Assembly: GCA_963666285.1 (NCBI GenBank)
Contig: OY762711.1
Strand: one strand, 5' to 3'
DNA from: Sedimentisphaerales bacterium
GTDB taxonomy: Bacteria; Planctomycetota; Phycisphaerae; Sedimentisphaerales; SM23-30
Length of the DNA stretch: 64,000 nucleotides
The position numbers were made by a program, and so were the translations under genes. Each line of letters starts with the position of its first letter. The first letter of the stretch is position 1. The notes under the pieces are model-generated. The model was not told the DNA's origin. It saw nothing but the letters and a program-made list of their open reading frames with translations, and did not search any database. This document shows, piece after piece, positions 9,666 to 20,341 of the stretch.

Positions 9666-10961
9666 ATGAAGGTATTGAGGTTAAAAACTAAAAAAAATGC
9701 ATTATTACTTATTCTCTGTTTGATCATAATTGTAACATATAAGTTGTTCGATAGTGAGTGCATTTTTGAGAAGGTAGATCGGTTGTCAAAAGATGTTGTA
9801 TTTGTAGGGACGGTAGATTTTGAGAGTCTGATTGTTTTGAGGCTGGGTGAACCAGAAATTGCAGATATACAGATGACAGAATCGCTTAATGTTGGTTATT
9901 CGGAAGATCGTGCCAGGGCGATACTTCCTTGTTATTCCACACTTTATACTTGTTCAGATGAAACAAGATTAATCTCGGTATTTGGGACAAAGGTAACGCT
10001 TTTTGATTTGAAAGGGAATCTGGTTGGGCAGTTAGACGTACTTGAGCAGGATAGTATGTTAGCTAAAAATGGGGTGCTGGGGCGATGCAGTGTTGAAGAT
10101 AGGAAGCTTTTTGTATTATATACATATATAGAAAGTCGTGAGATAGAAGAAGGTGATGCCGGTAAGGTTACTCTTAAATCTGTACAAGTCCAGAAAAATG
10201 TATTACTATCAATAGATCTGGAAACTTTTGAAATAGAGAAAGTAGTTGATGATATTTTGAATTGGAAAGTGTTTTCGGTGGCTGATGAGTTGTATGTTTG
10301 TGATGATTTTGATAAGTGTTATATTTATGATTTGACCGAAAAAGAGATAAAAGAGCGTGACTGGTCAGGATCGTATTTTGATTGTGAAGCTACAGGAGGG
10401 GTACTGGTATCTACAGTGTATAACATGGAGGAAGAAGATGTTACCCTGGTTAAAAGTGATGGTGTAAAGGTTATTTTACCCTGGGGCTGCCAGGGGCAAT
10501 GGGGAGCAGATGGAAAGGTATATTTTGTTAGAGGAAGGATAGAGCTTTGGCGATGTAATGCAGATGGCAGTCAGCTTGAAAAGGTTTTTGAAGGGCCAGG
10601 TCGAAAACGATATAATGGGTATGTAACCGGGAGTGAGCTTGTTTTTGATAGAAGCAGGACTATATTAGCATTTTGTTACAGGGTCGATTATTGTGAGATG
10701 TCAGTTATTAAGCCTCCGACTGGATTGGTTGTAATTGATCTTGAAAACGAAGAGTATATGCATATTAGACCTGATGAATGTATCGAAATGTTTTATGATG
10801 TAATGTTAAAGTCAGACACTTTTAGTCCGACAATATCTGTTCATAATTCAGGTAAGTACGGAGTTGATAAGCTGGAAAACCTTAAGGGTAGAGATTTTGA
10901 AATTAATGACATCTGGAATATGTGGTATTTTAGTGATATGGAGTTAATTAGTGATAGATGA
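9666..10961 (+). CDS. membrane-anchored hypothetical protein, possibly a TolB-like beta-propeller
   Basis: N-terminal hydrophobic helix; WGADGKVYF...LWRCNADGS propeller-like blade. Confidence 0.65.
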   Translation: MKVLRLKTKKNALLLILCLIIIVTYKLFDSECIFEKVDRLSKDVVFVGTVDFESLIVLRLGEPEIADIQMTESLNVGYSEDRARAILPCYSTLYTCSDETRLISVFGTKVTLFDLKGNLVGQLDVLEQDSMLAKNGVLGRCSVEDRKLFVLYTYIESREIEEGDAGKVTLKSVQVQKNVLLSIDLETFEIEKVVDDILNWKVFSVADELYVCDDFDKCYIYDLTEKEIKERDWSGSYFDCEATGGVLVSTVYNMEEEDVTLVKSDGVKVILPWGCQGQWGADGKVYFVRGRIELWRCNADGSQLEKVFEGPGRKRYNGYVTGSELVFDRSRTILAFCYRVDYCEMSVIKPPTGLVVIDLENEEYMHIRPDECIEMFYDVMLKSDTFSPTISVHNSGKYGVDKLENLKGRDFEINDIWNMWYFSDMELISDR

Positions 10962-11030
10962 AAGTGGTAAATTGTGAAAAAATTAGTCAGCAGGTTTCGA
11001 GCTGATGCCTAGTATTGGCAGGAGTAAAAA

Positions 11031-12146
11031 ATGTGTGATATGGAAATAGAAAAGCGGAAAGAACAGTATCGAGATATAAGTTTGCGGGCGGATGATTGTA
11101 ATGAGCCCGCTGATGCGATAAAGCTGCTGGAAGAAGGTCGGGAGCTGGCGGCGGCTAATGGCGATGGAGATTATGTGCAGTTTTTTGAAGCGGAGCTGGT
11201 GTATTATCGGGATGAAGATAATGATAAATTGATCGAGATGCTGTTGGCAATCGAGCCGAAGGATTATTTCATATATCGAAACCTGGGGTATTCGTATTAC
11301 TTTAAGGATGAGTATGATAAGGCGATTGAATATTTTGAAAAGGCGTTGAAATTGAAGACGGGTGATGTGGATACCTTGTTTGGAAAGGCGGAAGCGTTGA
11401 GTGAGATGAATAATGAGGAAGGAGCGATAGAGCATTTCAAGAGGGTGATAAAGATAAGATCGGACTATAGTGAAGCATATCGCAGGATAGGGGAACTGCT
11501 GCTTAATGCAGATGATAAAAGAGGGGCCGTAGAGTGGCTGGATAAGGCGTTGGCGATTGATCCGGAAGATTACATTGCTATGGCAGCTAAAGGAGTGGCT
11601 CTAAGTTATCTTGACAGGAAAGATGAGTCGATGGTTTGTTATAATCGGGCATTGGAGATACAGCCAAATTTCATTTATGCTTTGTGGTGTAAAGGTGTAG
11701 CATTATGCGATACAAACAATATAGAAGGTGGTATAGAATGCTTTGAAAAGGCACTGTCAATAAATCCAATTTACATAAAAGCATTAGGCAGCTTAGGTGA
11801 GGCTTTGAGTAAAATGGGCGATGATGATAAGGCCCTAGAATGTTTTGATAAAATACTGGTTTTAGAACCGGATGATAAATATATCTGGTGGCGAAAAGGA
11901 GAAGTGTTCGGACGGAAAGATGACAGAGAAATGGCTGATGAATGCTTTAAAAAAGCTTTGTTGATTGATGCCTGGGAAAAGAAGCTTGATTTGGATGAGG
12001 TTTTGGAGTTTGTAAATAAAGACAGTGGAGGAGACGGTGAAGGAATTCAGTCGTTATTCAAGAGACTTGGTGTCGAAGTCGATAGAGACTGTATGAATGA
12101 AATCCGAAATGCACTATTAAGTATGATTGATGATGGGAAGGGCTAA
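11031..12146 (+). CDS. tetratricopeptide repeat protein
   Basis: About seven TPR units (e.g. YRNLGYSYYFKDEYDKAIEYFEKALKL). Confidence 0.9.
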   Translation: MCDMEIEKRKEQYRDISLRADDCNEPADAIKLLEEGRELAAANGDGDYVQFFEAELVYYRDEDNDKLIEMLLAIEPKDYFIYRNLGYSYYFKDEYDKAIEYFEKALKLKTGDVDTLFGKAEALSEMNNEEGAIEHFKRVIKIRSDYSEAYRRIGELLLNADDKRGAVEWLDKALAIDPEDYIAMAAKGVALSYLDRKDESMVCYNRALEIQPNFIYALWCKGVALCDTNNIEGGIECFEKALSINPIYIKALGSLGEALSKMGDDDKALECFDKILVLEPDDKYIWWRKGEVFGRKDDREMADECFKKALLIDAWEKKLDLDEVLEFVNKDSGGDGEGIQSLFKRLGVEVDRDCMNEIRNALLSMIDDGKG

Positions 12147-12201
12147 TGAAATTACAGTTTTTATGCGTGCATTTGAACGGTGGTGTTGCTTCGTGACCTT
12201 G

Positions 12202-12304
12202 TTTTTACTCGCCTGCGGCGAGGGCTTGAATCACGGACACTGATTAATTATAGGTTTAGGTATTTGGTATTAGGTGTTAGGGAAGGAAACGCTTCCGGCG
12301 AAGC
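12202..12304 (+). repeat. partial third copy of the 8.6-8.8 kb repeat
   Basis: Shares TTTTTACTCGCCTGCGGCGA (8582) and AGGTATTTGGTATTAGGTGTTAGGGAAGGAAACGC with copy 1. Confidence 0.85.
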
Positions 12305-12511
12305 TAATTTATTGTTAGCTGACGCATATGTCGGCTTCTTTTATAATTGTTGCAATTATATACATTGAAATATTTTGTGAACATTATATTAGTAGATAAA
12401 AATGACACATAAAAACATTGTTATGAATGATAGTAGACGAAGAGAATTGCCAGCAACCAAAATCTTAATCTATCGCATCAAAAGCAATTTCCAGAGGTCG
12501 CTTTATTTATA

Positions 12512-13927
12512 TTGACCATGAAGGGCATGAAGCTAATGAAGAAAAAATTTAATGTTTTATTAGTAATTATATTTGCGACGAGTCTTTTTGCCGGAGATGA
12601 TATTGCAGATTTATCACCTTATAATCGAGTTGTTTCTATAGATGGTATAGGCAGTGATAGTGATTCGCGTTCCAGCGTATGCCGCAGTTGTATGACTGAT
12701 GTGGGCAGGTATCGCTATGAGTCAGCAGAACGGATTGCCAGACGTTTTGAAATATATAAGGAAATCGGGGTTGATATGCTTCGAGTTGAGGGGCTCGAAT
12801 GGGGTCGTTGTGAGGTTTCACCAGGTAAATGGCAGCATGTAAAAGAAATGGATAACTACATTAACATGCTGAAAAAATATAAGTTTAAGATTAAGCTTAT
12901 TGCCGGGACAATAATGTGTCCTCCCGGGTGGTATATTGAAAATAATCCTGATGTTCGCATGATTAACGAGAATGGATATTTATGCCGTAATACGCTAAAT
13001 TATTGGAATCCTGAAATCAGGCCAAAACTTGAAGAGGTTGTGGATAAGCTATTTGATTATTATGATAAGCTTGGTATTATGCCGTATGTTGAACAGGTAG
13101 TGGTTGATTTTGGTCAGGCAGGTGAGCCATTGTATCCGCCGGCCTGGACTCTTGGGCCGAAGTATAAGGGACCGGAGACATTCTGGATGTATAATCGACT
13201 GGCTCACGAAGATTTTCGCAGGGCAATGAAAGCAAAATATGAGTTTATTGAAATAGCCAACTCAGTCTGGGGTACAGATTTCCAAAGCTGGGAAGAAGTA
13301 ATGATTGTTCAGCCAGGAAAATTAACCGGGCCTTACTGGTATGATGTTTTAATACGTTATCGAGATGTGAAGCGTGATTTTGAAGCGTGGCAGATAGGCA
13401 ACTTTCAAAGAGTGTTGAAACGCTATAAGGGCAGGGTAAAACCAGTGGTTTATCTGGCCGGACGGGATGAAAGGCCCAAGATGTGGGCAGAAGCAGTTGG
13501 TACAGGTGAAGGACATCTGGATATTAAGTTAATGTGTGATCTGAGATGGCTTGCCAGGACTGCGATAGATAATGGCTGTATGCTGCAATATACTGGCGCA
13601 GAGAACAGGGCAGAAGTTGAGTATCTAGTGAAATATTTACGAGATAATAACCTTAAATATGAGATGTGGGGTGAGAATGCGGGAGTGTTTCAATGTGCTA
13701 ATGAACCACTTAAACTTGCTGATATAGTAATAAAAAATGATCTTTATGGTATTGATTATACCCACTCGCACTTTATGTTTAAAACTACAGGTTCGCCGAA
13801 ACCTGCCTGGGAAGAGACAAAGTCTGATATCAGGAATTATTCTGGTGATATTGAAGTTAACCCTGAGGTTGCCCCTGACCTAGAGAAAGCGTATCGGATG
13901 ATCAGAGAACATTATGGAGAAGAATAG
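12512..13927 (+). CDS. secreted glycoside hydrolase, GH14 (beta-amylase)/GH42-like TIM barrel
   Basis: Signal peptide (KKKFNVLLVIIFATSLFA); KEIGVDMLRV..LEWGRCE..PGKW, DFGQAGEPLYP and WGENAG; true start probably 12527 or 12536. Confidence 0.75.
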   Translation: MTMKGMKLMKKKFNVLLVIIFATSLFAGDDIADLSPYNRVVSIDGIGSDSDSRSSVCRSCMTDVGRYRYESAERIARRFEIYKEIGVDMLRVEGLEWGRCEVSPGKWQHVKEMDNYINMLKKYKFKIKLIAGTIMCPPGWYIENNPDVRMINENGYLCRNTLNYWNPEIRPKLEEVVDKLFDYYDKLGIMPYVEQVVVDFGQAGEPLYPPAWTLGPKYKGPETFWMYNRLAHEDFRRAMKAKYEFIEIANSVWGTDFQSWEEVMIVQPGKLTGPYWYDVLIRYRDVKRDFEAWQIGNFQRVLKRYKGRVKPVVYLAGRDERPKMWAEAVGTGEGHLDIKLMCDLRWLARTAIDNGCMLQYTGAENRAEVEYLVKYLRDNNLKYEMWGENAGVFQCANEPLKLADIVIKNDLYGIDYTHSHFMFKTTGSPKPAWEETKSDIRNYSGDIEVNPEVAPDLEKAYRMIREHYGEE

Positions 13928-14092
13928 TGTTGCGGAAAGGCTTGATTGTTATCAGGCAGGCAGTTTGATAGAATAATGTTGTTAATGTGTTGGAACTGTA
14001 ATATTATATAATAGAGCTAAAAAAGCTAATATTTAAGGCGATTTTGTGTATGGCGAGGATTGAAGTGGAGATATAGGCATTAAAATCAAAGG

Positions 14093-16159
14093 ATGAATAT
14101 GGATAGTATAAAATATATATTGATGGTATTGTGCCTGTTATGTGTGGGGCTGTGTGCCGAGGTGGTAAGCGGGACGGAAAAGGCGGCGGGTGAGGTCGAG
14201 CAGGTAACGGTAACTGTTGATGATAGAGTTAAGGACGGTGTGCCGGAGGGGATAGTTACGTTATTTGATAAGCTGGATAAGGCAGTGATAGCGGGTAAGC
14301 CGAGTGAGGTTGGCAAGCTGTTTGATTATGATAAGCTGGTTGAACTGTCGGCGTATGAGTCTATGCCGGAAGAGATGAAGGTTATGCTTAAGATTAAGCT
14401 GCCGTATACCATGCCGGAAAATATTCTGATGGGCTTTTTGCCGGTCTCGGCGAAAATAATGCATGTTAAGCGTGAAGATGGCAACTATATAGTGATGGTA
14501 AGGCATTTTGAGCGTAACGGCATATCTTCGCTGGCGAGATGGTGGGTGGTGCAAAGCGAGGATCAGTTTTTGTTTTATGATGTAGAGTTTTTTGATCTGC
14601 CGATTCGTTTGAGTATGAATATTCAGCTGTCACTGGCCCAGGCGTCGAGTGTGGTGTCGGAAGATCAGAAATCTGTTATGCGGAATATATCCGGTGCGAT
14701 AAATGCACTGTCAGACCAGGATTATTGGAGTGCGGAAGATTATCTCGGTCAGGTTGGTGATGTAAAGCTGCCGGGTCATTATGATATGCTGAGAAATGTA
14801 TTGGTGCTGATGTATGCGGTGGGGGTTGAGGATGTCGAAACCGGGTCAAAAATGATAAAGAAGCTGGAGAAGGACTACCCGGATATGCCGTATTTGAAGT
14901 TATGCCGTATTTTGATTAGTCTGCAGAAGGAGGATTTTAATAAGGCATTGGAGTATTGCGTCGAGTATAAAAAGCTGACAGGGGATATAGCGGATGTGCT
15001 TGTGTTGGAAGGAGAGGCCTATGAGGGGCTGGAAGAGCCGGAGAAGGCGTTTAAATGTTATTCAGACGGGTTAGCAGATATGCCGGGGTCGCTGGAATGC
15101 CTGGCGGGGTATATAAGGTTGTTCGAAGGCGATAAAACGATTGAGCTGGAGAAGAGGTTTACCGAAACGCCGTATCTGGCAGAGAATTTTTATGATTTCT
15201 GGGGTTTGCTGACTTATGGTGAGCATTATGAAATAGCGTCGATAGCTTTGGAGGTATATAAGAAGCTGTGCCCGGATCAGGATTGTAATATGTATGAGGC
15301 TGAGCTGGCTTATTTGCAGGGAGACTATAAGAAAATAATAGAAGCACTGGAGGGGAAACGGTCGAGTTATGTGGATGATGAAGATAAGCTGTTGATGTAT
15401 GATCAGTACCTGTTTACGGCATATATTGAGACACTGGAATTTGAGAAGGCGCTGGCATATTCGCTAATGTGCTATGAGGCAGATGGAGATCCTTTCCTGG
15501 TGATGATAGCCTGTGCGTATAGCGGTGAATATGCGAAGGCAGCTGAGTATCTGGCAGAATGTAAGTATTACGGCTATACTCTTGATGTTCTGGGTGAGAT
15601 ACCACTTTTTATGAATATGGTGTCTAATGATGAGATATGGAGTAATCTGAGTGTTGAGGTAGATAAGCTATCGAGTGGCAGTGAGGAAGAGTTTGTATCA
15701 CTGGTATTGCTGGACAGGACAGGCTTAGAGATGGACCAGACCAGATTGGAAGGTATTGTAAGCAGAGCGTTGGGTATAGATTTCAGTAAGGAAAAGGAAG
15801 GCGGTCAGTTTGTAGTTGGTGAAGGTGAAGCATATATTATAAAGTTGAATGGCGGGGTATTTATGTTCAATAATATTAATTCACCTTATGTATTTGAGGA
15901 GCTGGGCGAAGGATTAATGAGCCGTGATCTTTCCAGAGCAGCGATATCGCATAGAGCGTGGGTGTCTGTTGACATGCTGCAGCTTACAAATCCTGAAGAT
16001 ATAGATTATGCCTACCAGGTGGCAGGGAGGATATTGGGTGGGATAATAAATGATAATTGTGTGGCAGTTTATGCCCCATCGTTAGGTGTGCTTAAAGCAA
16101 ATGATGTATATATAAGGCAGGCACTGGTTGGTGACGATCCGCTGAAGGTGTTTAGATAA
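14093..16159 (+). CDS. secreted TPR-like repeat protein
   Basis: Signal peptide; several helical TPR-like repeats (LEGEAYEGLEEPEKAFKCYSDGL). Confidence 0.7.
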   Translation: MNMDSIKYILMVLCLLCVGLCAEVVSGTEKAAGEVEQVTVTVDDRVKDGVPEGIVTLFDKLDKAVIAGKPSEVGKLFDYDKLVELSAYESMPEEMKVMLKIKLPYTMPENILMGFLPVSAKIMHVKREDGNYIVMVRHFERNGISSLARWWVVQSEDQFLFYDVEFFDLPIRLSMNIQLSLAQASSVVSEDQKSVMRNISGAINALSDQDYWSAEDYLGQVGDVKLPGHYDMLRNVLVLMYAVGVEDVETGSKMIKKLEKDYPDMPYLKLCRILISLQKEDFNKALEYCVEYKKLTGDIADVLVLEGEAYEGLEEPEKAFKCYSDGLADMPGSLECLAGYIRLFEGDKTIELEKRFTETPYLAENFYDFWGLLTYGEHYEIASIALEVYKKLCPDQDCNMYEAELAYLQGDYKKIIEALEGKRSSYVDDEDKLLMYDQYLFTAYIETLEFEKALAYSLMCYEADGDPFLVMIACAYSGEYAKAAEYLAECKYYGYTLDVLGEIPLFMNMVSNDEIWSNLSVEVDKLSSGSEEEFVSLVLLDRTGLEMDQTRLEGIVSRALGIDFSKEKEGGQFVVGEGEAYIIKLNGGVFMFNNINSPYVFEELGEGLMSRDLSRAAISHRAWVSVDMLQLTNPEDIDYAYQVAGRILGGIINDNCVAVYAPSLGVLKANDVYIRQALVGDDPLKVFR

Positions 16160-16208
16160 GAAGAGATATAAGCGAGAAGTAAGAAGTCTTGTGGGGCTGA
16201 GGCAGCGG

Positions 16209-17360
16209 CTAGTTTTTATCGCTTCTCTTGGGTGGCAGTTTAACGAACTGGGCGGCGATGAGAGAGGCAACGCTAAGTGCTACTCCGACAAGGAAAGGGA
16301 TTTTGTAATCAATCATCCACAAGTAGCCGCCGACTACAGGTAGAACAACGGCGGCTATATGGTTAATGGTGAAGCTAACGGCGGTGCTGGCGGAGATATC
16401 TTTTGGGTCAGCAATTTTCTGGAAGTATGTTCTGATTGCCATCGCTCCATTGAAAACGATATGGTCGAGAATGTACATGAGCATGACGATCCAGGTAACC
16501 TGGCAGTAAGCGTAAACGGCGAATATGATTATCAGGCTGGAATATTCAATTGTTAAGATAGTTTTTTCTCCGATTTTGTTAATCGATCTGGCGACAAGCG
16601 GGGTGACGAAGTAGTTGATAATATTATTTACTACGAACAGAATTGTGACAGTCTGGATTGACAAGCCCATCCTTTTGACCAGAAGGAATACAGAGAAGAC
16701 CATAAATATCTGGCGTCTGGCGCCGGAAAGTAAGGTTAGTATATAGAAGAGCGAGTATCTTTTTCGCAAGATAAGTTTTTTGTGCTGTGGCTGTCCTTCG
16801 GTGTGTTTGGGGCCGAAAAAGAGCCCCCATAAGCCAACGCCGGTGACGATAGAGCCGATAATGGCAAACATTATGATATATGAGAGCTTATATGAGGCTA
16901 CAAGTACCAGCAGTCCCATAATGACACATACAATGGACATGATGCTGCGCTGTTTGCCCATGACAAGCGGAGATTCGGTCTGGTCAAAGTTCTGCAGGAT
17001 AAGTGACTGGTTGGTAGTTTCGTAATAGTGGAAGCCGAAGCTCATTATAACAGTAGTGACAATAAGCCCGGTATAAGATGGGAAGCATCCTGTGAGGGCG
17101 ATACCGATGCCCATAAGTATAATAGAGATAGCTGACAGTTTGTGTTCCCTGATGAGCAGCATAACAAAGATGGCACAAAGAGCGAGCAATCCGGGCAGTT
17201 CGCGGGCAGACTGGACAACGCCGATATGTAATCCGTCGAGATTGACCTTGTCAACGGCGAAATTATTGAAGAGGGTACGCCAGCCTTGCAGTCCGCCAGC
17301 GGATGCCATGGTGAGTGCCATGAGGTACCAGTAAATTGGTTTTTTCTTAATATTTTCCAT
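16209..17360 (-). CDS. MFS transporter
   Basis: About 12 hydrophobic helices; ARELPGLL, SFGFHYYET, LSGARRQIF and FTINHIAAV motifs. Confidence 0.9.
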   Translation of the reverse strand: MENIKKKPIYWYLMALTMASAGGLQGWRTLFNNFAVDKVNLDGLHIGVVQSARELPGLLALCAIFVMLLIREHKLSAISIILMGIGIALTGCFPSYTGLIVTTVIMSFGFHYYETTNQSLILQNFDQTESPLVMGKQRSIMSIVCVIMGLLVLVASYKLSYIIMFAIIGSIVTGVGLWGLFFGPKHTEGQPQHKKLILRKRYSLFYILTLLSGARRQIFMVFSVFLLVKRMGLSIQTVTILFVVNNIINYFVTPLVARSINKIGEKTILTIEYSSLIIIFAVYAYCQVTWIVMLMYILDHIVFNGAMAIRTYFQKIADPKDISASTAVSFTINHIAAVVLPVVGGYLWMIDYKIPFLVGVALSVASLIAAQFVKLPPKRSDKN

Positions 17361-17380
17361 GAGTTGTGTAATGCGGCAGG

Positions 17381-18070
17381 TTATAGTTTGCAGTGGTAGA
17401 TGATCTGTGCCGGGGCGGGAGCGGAGGTTGATATTATATTGAAACCGGCCCGTTCGAGCAGGCCCTGCATGATCCAGTCATAAGTGCTGAATTCAGAGGC
17501 AACATGTCGGGCGACCTCTTTGAGCATTTCAGGTGGGACAGAATCAATGAAGTTTTGCAGGCAGGTTGTAGGTGGTTCGTTTGGGGTGGTGGTGAAGACA
17601 ACATCGCGCAGGATGAATTGGCCGCCGGGTTTGAGAATTCTGGCGATATTTGTCAGTGCGATAAATTTCCAGGTGTCGGGCAGGTGGTGGAGGGCGAGAC
17701 CGGAGACAACGGCATCAAAAGAATCAGCGGGGAAGTCCATAGTGAGGAAACCGGCGTGCTGAGTATTGATTGATTTGCCTTCCTGGCTGGTTTTGGTTTT
17801 GACGTATTCGAGCATAATAGGGGAAATGTCTATAGCGGTGACGTCGTAATCAAGTTCGGAAGCGTATCGTGCGAATCGCCCTGTGCCGCAGCCGATTTCG
17901 AGGATGGCTGAGTGGGCGGGCAGTGTCAATAGATCGAGAATATGTTGGTTTTCAGCGTCAACGTTGCGGATAGTAGCCATGCGGTCATCATATTTCTGAA
18001 CTTCGTTGATATCGGTGTAGTCAGTGCCTACTTGCTGAATTTCGTTCCATTGCCAGGCTGGTGTGTTCAT
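17381..18070 (-). CDS. class I SAM-dependent methyltransferase
   Basis: ILEIGCGTG, AIDISPIML, SFDAVVS..ALHHLPD and RILKPGG. Confidence 0.93.
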   Translation of the reverse strand: MNTPAWQWNEIQQVGTDYTDINEVQKYDDRMATIRNVDAENQHILDLLTLPAHSAILEIGCGTGRFARYASELDYDVTAIDISPIMLEYVKTKTSQEGKSINTQHAGFLTMDFPADSFDAVVSGLALHHLPDTWKFIALTNIARILKPGGQFILRDVVFTTTPNEPPTTCLQNFIDSVPPEMLKEVARHVASEFSTYDWIMQGLLERAGFNIISTSAPAPAQIIYHCKL

Positions 18071-18312
18071 TGTTATTCTCTTGTGTAATAGCTTAATTCT
18101 TTGTTAAATGGAATTAAATATAATAAAAAAGGTAGTATTTTTGAAGATAAATCTAAAATGGAACTAACTTTAACTAAAATATGGCCGGTTTGAGAGGAAT
18201 AAGGTTGATTAAAAGAGAAAAAAATGAGTAACTTAATTTAAGTATGGGTGGTATAAGGTATTAGATGATGTTGGTGGTATTGCGATTTATTTACACATAT
18301 ACGAGGTTAAAG

Positions 18313-18993
18313 ATGTTAAGTAGTGATAATTTAAGACTTTATGAAGAAGTGTTGCTGCTGGCGATGAAGGATGAGGAAGGGACGATTGCCGGTGGAACGA
18401 TGTATAATTATGCGGTGGGGGGAGCAGTTGTGGCTGAGATGCTGCTGGAGAATCGAATTGAGGTTGAAGAATCACGTAGGAAGCTTGTTTCTATAGTTGA
18501 TAGCGGACAGATGGGAGATACGCTGCTGGATGAGTGGCTGCTAAAGATGGCAAGTGTTAAACGGAGGAAGAGCCTGCAGGGCTGGGTGGAGAAGATAGCC
18601 AGTACTAAGGATATGAAGAATCGAATAGCGATGCAGCTATGCGGTAAGGGAATCCTGCGGATGGATGAGGGGACGGTATTGTTTTTGTTTAAGAGGAATA
18701 TCTATCCTGAGATTAATCCAGAGCCGGAGAGGCGGGTGATCGGTCGTTTGTATAATGCGATCTTTTCTGAGACGAATGATATTGATGCACGAACAGTTGT
18801 GCTGCTGTCATTGGCGAAGAGTGCTAATATCTTGCCGGTAATTTTTGATAAGCGAGATTTGAAACAGCGTAAGAAACGGATAGATCAGGTAGTGAATGGA
18901 GACTTATGCGGGAAAGCGACCAAAGAAGCGATAGATGCGATGCATGCTGCAATTATGGTGTGCTGTATAATGCCTGCGATTGCGTCGACATAA
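18313..18993 (+). CDS. GPP34/GOLPH3 family protein
   Basis: LRLYEEVLLLAMKDEEG...GGAVVAEMLLENRI...GDTLLD pattern; ATG 18313 follows a GAGG RBS (track start 18265). Confidence 0.85.
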   Translation: MLSSDNLRLYEEVLLLAMKDEEGTIAGGTMYNYAVGGAVVAEMLLENRIEVEESRRKLVSIVDSGQMGDTLLDEWLLKMASVKRRKSLQGWVEKIASTKDMKNRIAMQLCGKGILRMDEGTVLFLFKRNIYPEINPEPERRVIGRLYNAIFSETNDIDARTVVLLSLAKSANILPVIFDKRDLKQRKKRIDQVVNGDLCGKATKEAIDAMHAAIMVCCIMPAIAST

Positions 18994-19000
18994 TAGAAAT

Positions 19001-19028
19001 GTTAGAAGTCAGGAGTTAGAAGATAGAA
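19001..19028 (+). repeat. heptamer run GTTAGAA-GTCAGGA-GTTAGAA-GATAGAA
   Basis: Read directly, just after the GPP34 stop. Confidence 0.7.
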
Positions 19029-19121
19029 GGTTTTGGATAGCCCTGGTGAGTATTGGGAAAAGGTATATTCGATGATTTACTATTGAAAATAATGACAATA
19101 ATATAAAGTGAAAGTTGAACA

Positions 19122-20222
19122 ATGAATAATATTTTGAATAAGTATATGTTGTTAATAATTCTTTCTATAAATGTTGCTTCTTTCAGTTTTGCAGAAGGAT
19201 TTTATCTTGCTGAGGATTCAGAATTAGACAGAATTAAAATTGTTGAACATATATTAAATCTTGATTCTGAATATTCGAGCTATCCACTTAACGTGCAATT
19301 GGGAATTATTGAGCTTTTGTTTAACTTCGATAATGATTCTGAGGGAATTAGCAATAAACAGTTAAGTACGGCATTAAATAAAAGGCTGGATGCTCTAGGT
19401 TCTTCCATAGACACAAATAACAATCAAAAGTTGCGAATAGCGACAATTGAAGCGTTAGTTGCTTTTCGTAATAACGATTGTGATATTTCTGCATTTACCG
19501 AATGGGCAAATATAGATATTGATAATTCAGTACCACTGATGATGATAGCAAATGCCTATTGGCAGAAAGGCGAAATTCATCAATGCCTAAAATATTGTGA
19601 AAAAGCGACAAAATGCTCAAAGGCCAGTCTAAATGAACTGAAGGTATTGGAGAATATTTTAGCAGCTTTAGACTATTTGGAGCTCAAAGAGAAGTATCTT
19701 GCCTGTTGTATTGTTAAGAGGGCATCATTTTTATATGATGCAATGATTTATCAACACACTATATTGTTAAAGGAACTCGGTATAATACAAAAACATTTTG
19801 GTTATAATATTGAATCACCTAACAGGGAAGCAAGGAAATACATCTGCCGCGTTATGCTGTCAAGGCCGATATGCTGGAATGTGGTATTTTGTGCTGTTTA
19901 CAAGAACATATTAAAATTAACAGAATTAAAGGACCTGGTATTGCCGCCTGATTCCGGAGTAGCTGCTAATAAACAAGAAGATGAAGTGAGCTTCTTGGAA
20001 TCGTATTATAACTATATTGTTTTTTCAAATGTATGTGTTGATACAGCGTTAAACAATAAGGATATAGATAGCCTGGAAAGTTTTATTGTAAATGAGGAAA
20101 AGTGGAGTATCGAACAGCTTGACAGAAATAAAATACTTGCCTTGGAGCGAAATATTGATGTAGACCTATGTTGTACGAATTGGAATGAAAGATTTTCAGA
20201 ATTGCATAAAACTGAAGAGTAA
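19122..20222 (+). CDS. secreted hypothetical protein, AT-rich
   Basis: Signal peptide-like N-terminus; one TPR-like helix pair; visibly lower GC than its neighbours. Confidence 0.7.
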   Translation: MNNILNKYMLLIILSINVASFSFAEGFYLAEDSELDRIKIVEHILNLDSEYSSYPLNVQLGIIELLFNFDNDSEGISNKQLSTALNKRLDALGSSIDTNNNQKLRIATIEALVAFRNNDCDISAFTEWANIDIDNSVPLMMIANAYWQKGEIHQCLKYCEKATKCSKASLNELKVLENILAALDYLELKEKYLACCIVKRASFLYDAMIYQHTILLKELGIIQKHFGYNIESPNREARKYICRVMLSRPICWNVVFCAVYKNILKLTELKDLVLPPDSGVAANKQEDEVSFLESYYNYIVFSNVCVDTALNNKDIDSLESFIVNEEKWSIEQLDRNKILALERNIDVDLCCTNWNERFSELHKTEE

Positions 20223-20341
20223 TTTGGGTCATAAGTAGAGTGAATTTTAGGGGAATGAGAGGATAGGTATATTTGCATATGATACAGATTTGGCTATAAT
20301 GGAATTTGATAAGGAATTTATATTTTTTGTGGAGGTTTGTT

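Noticed and set aside
8680..12304. CRISPR array or integron cassette array
   Set aside because: The repeats are ~145 bp and separated by whole genes. There are no constant repeat/spacer units, cas genes or intI, and no RYYYAAC...GTTRRRY attC boundaries.
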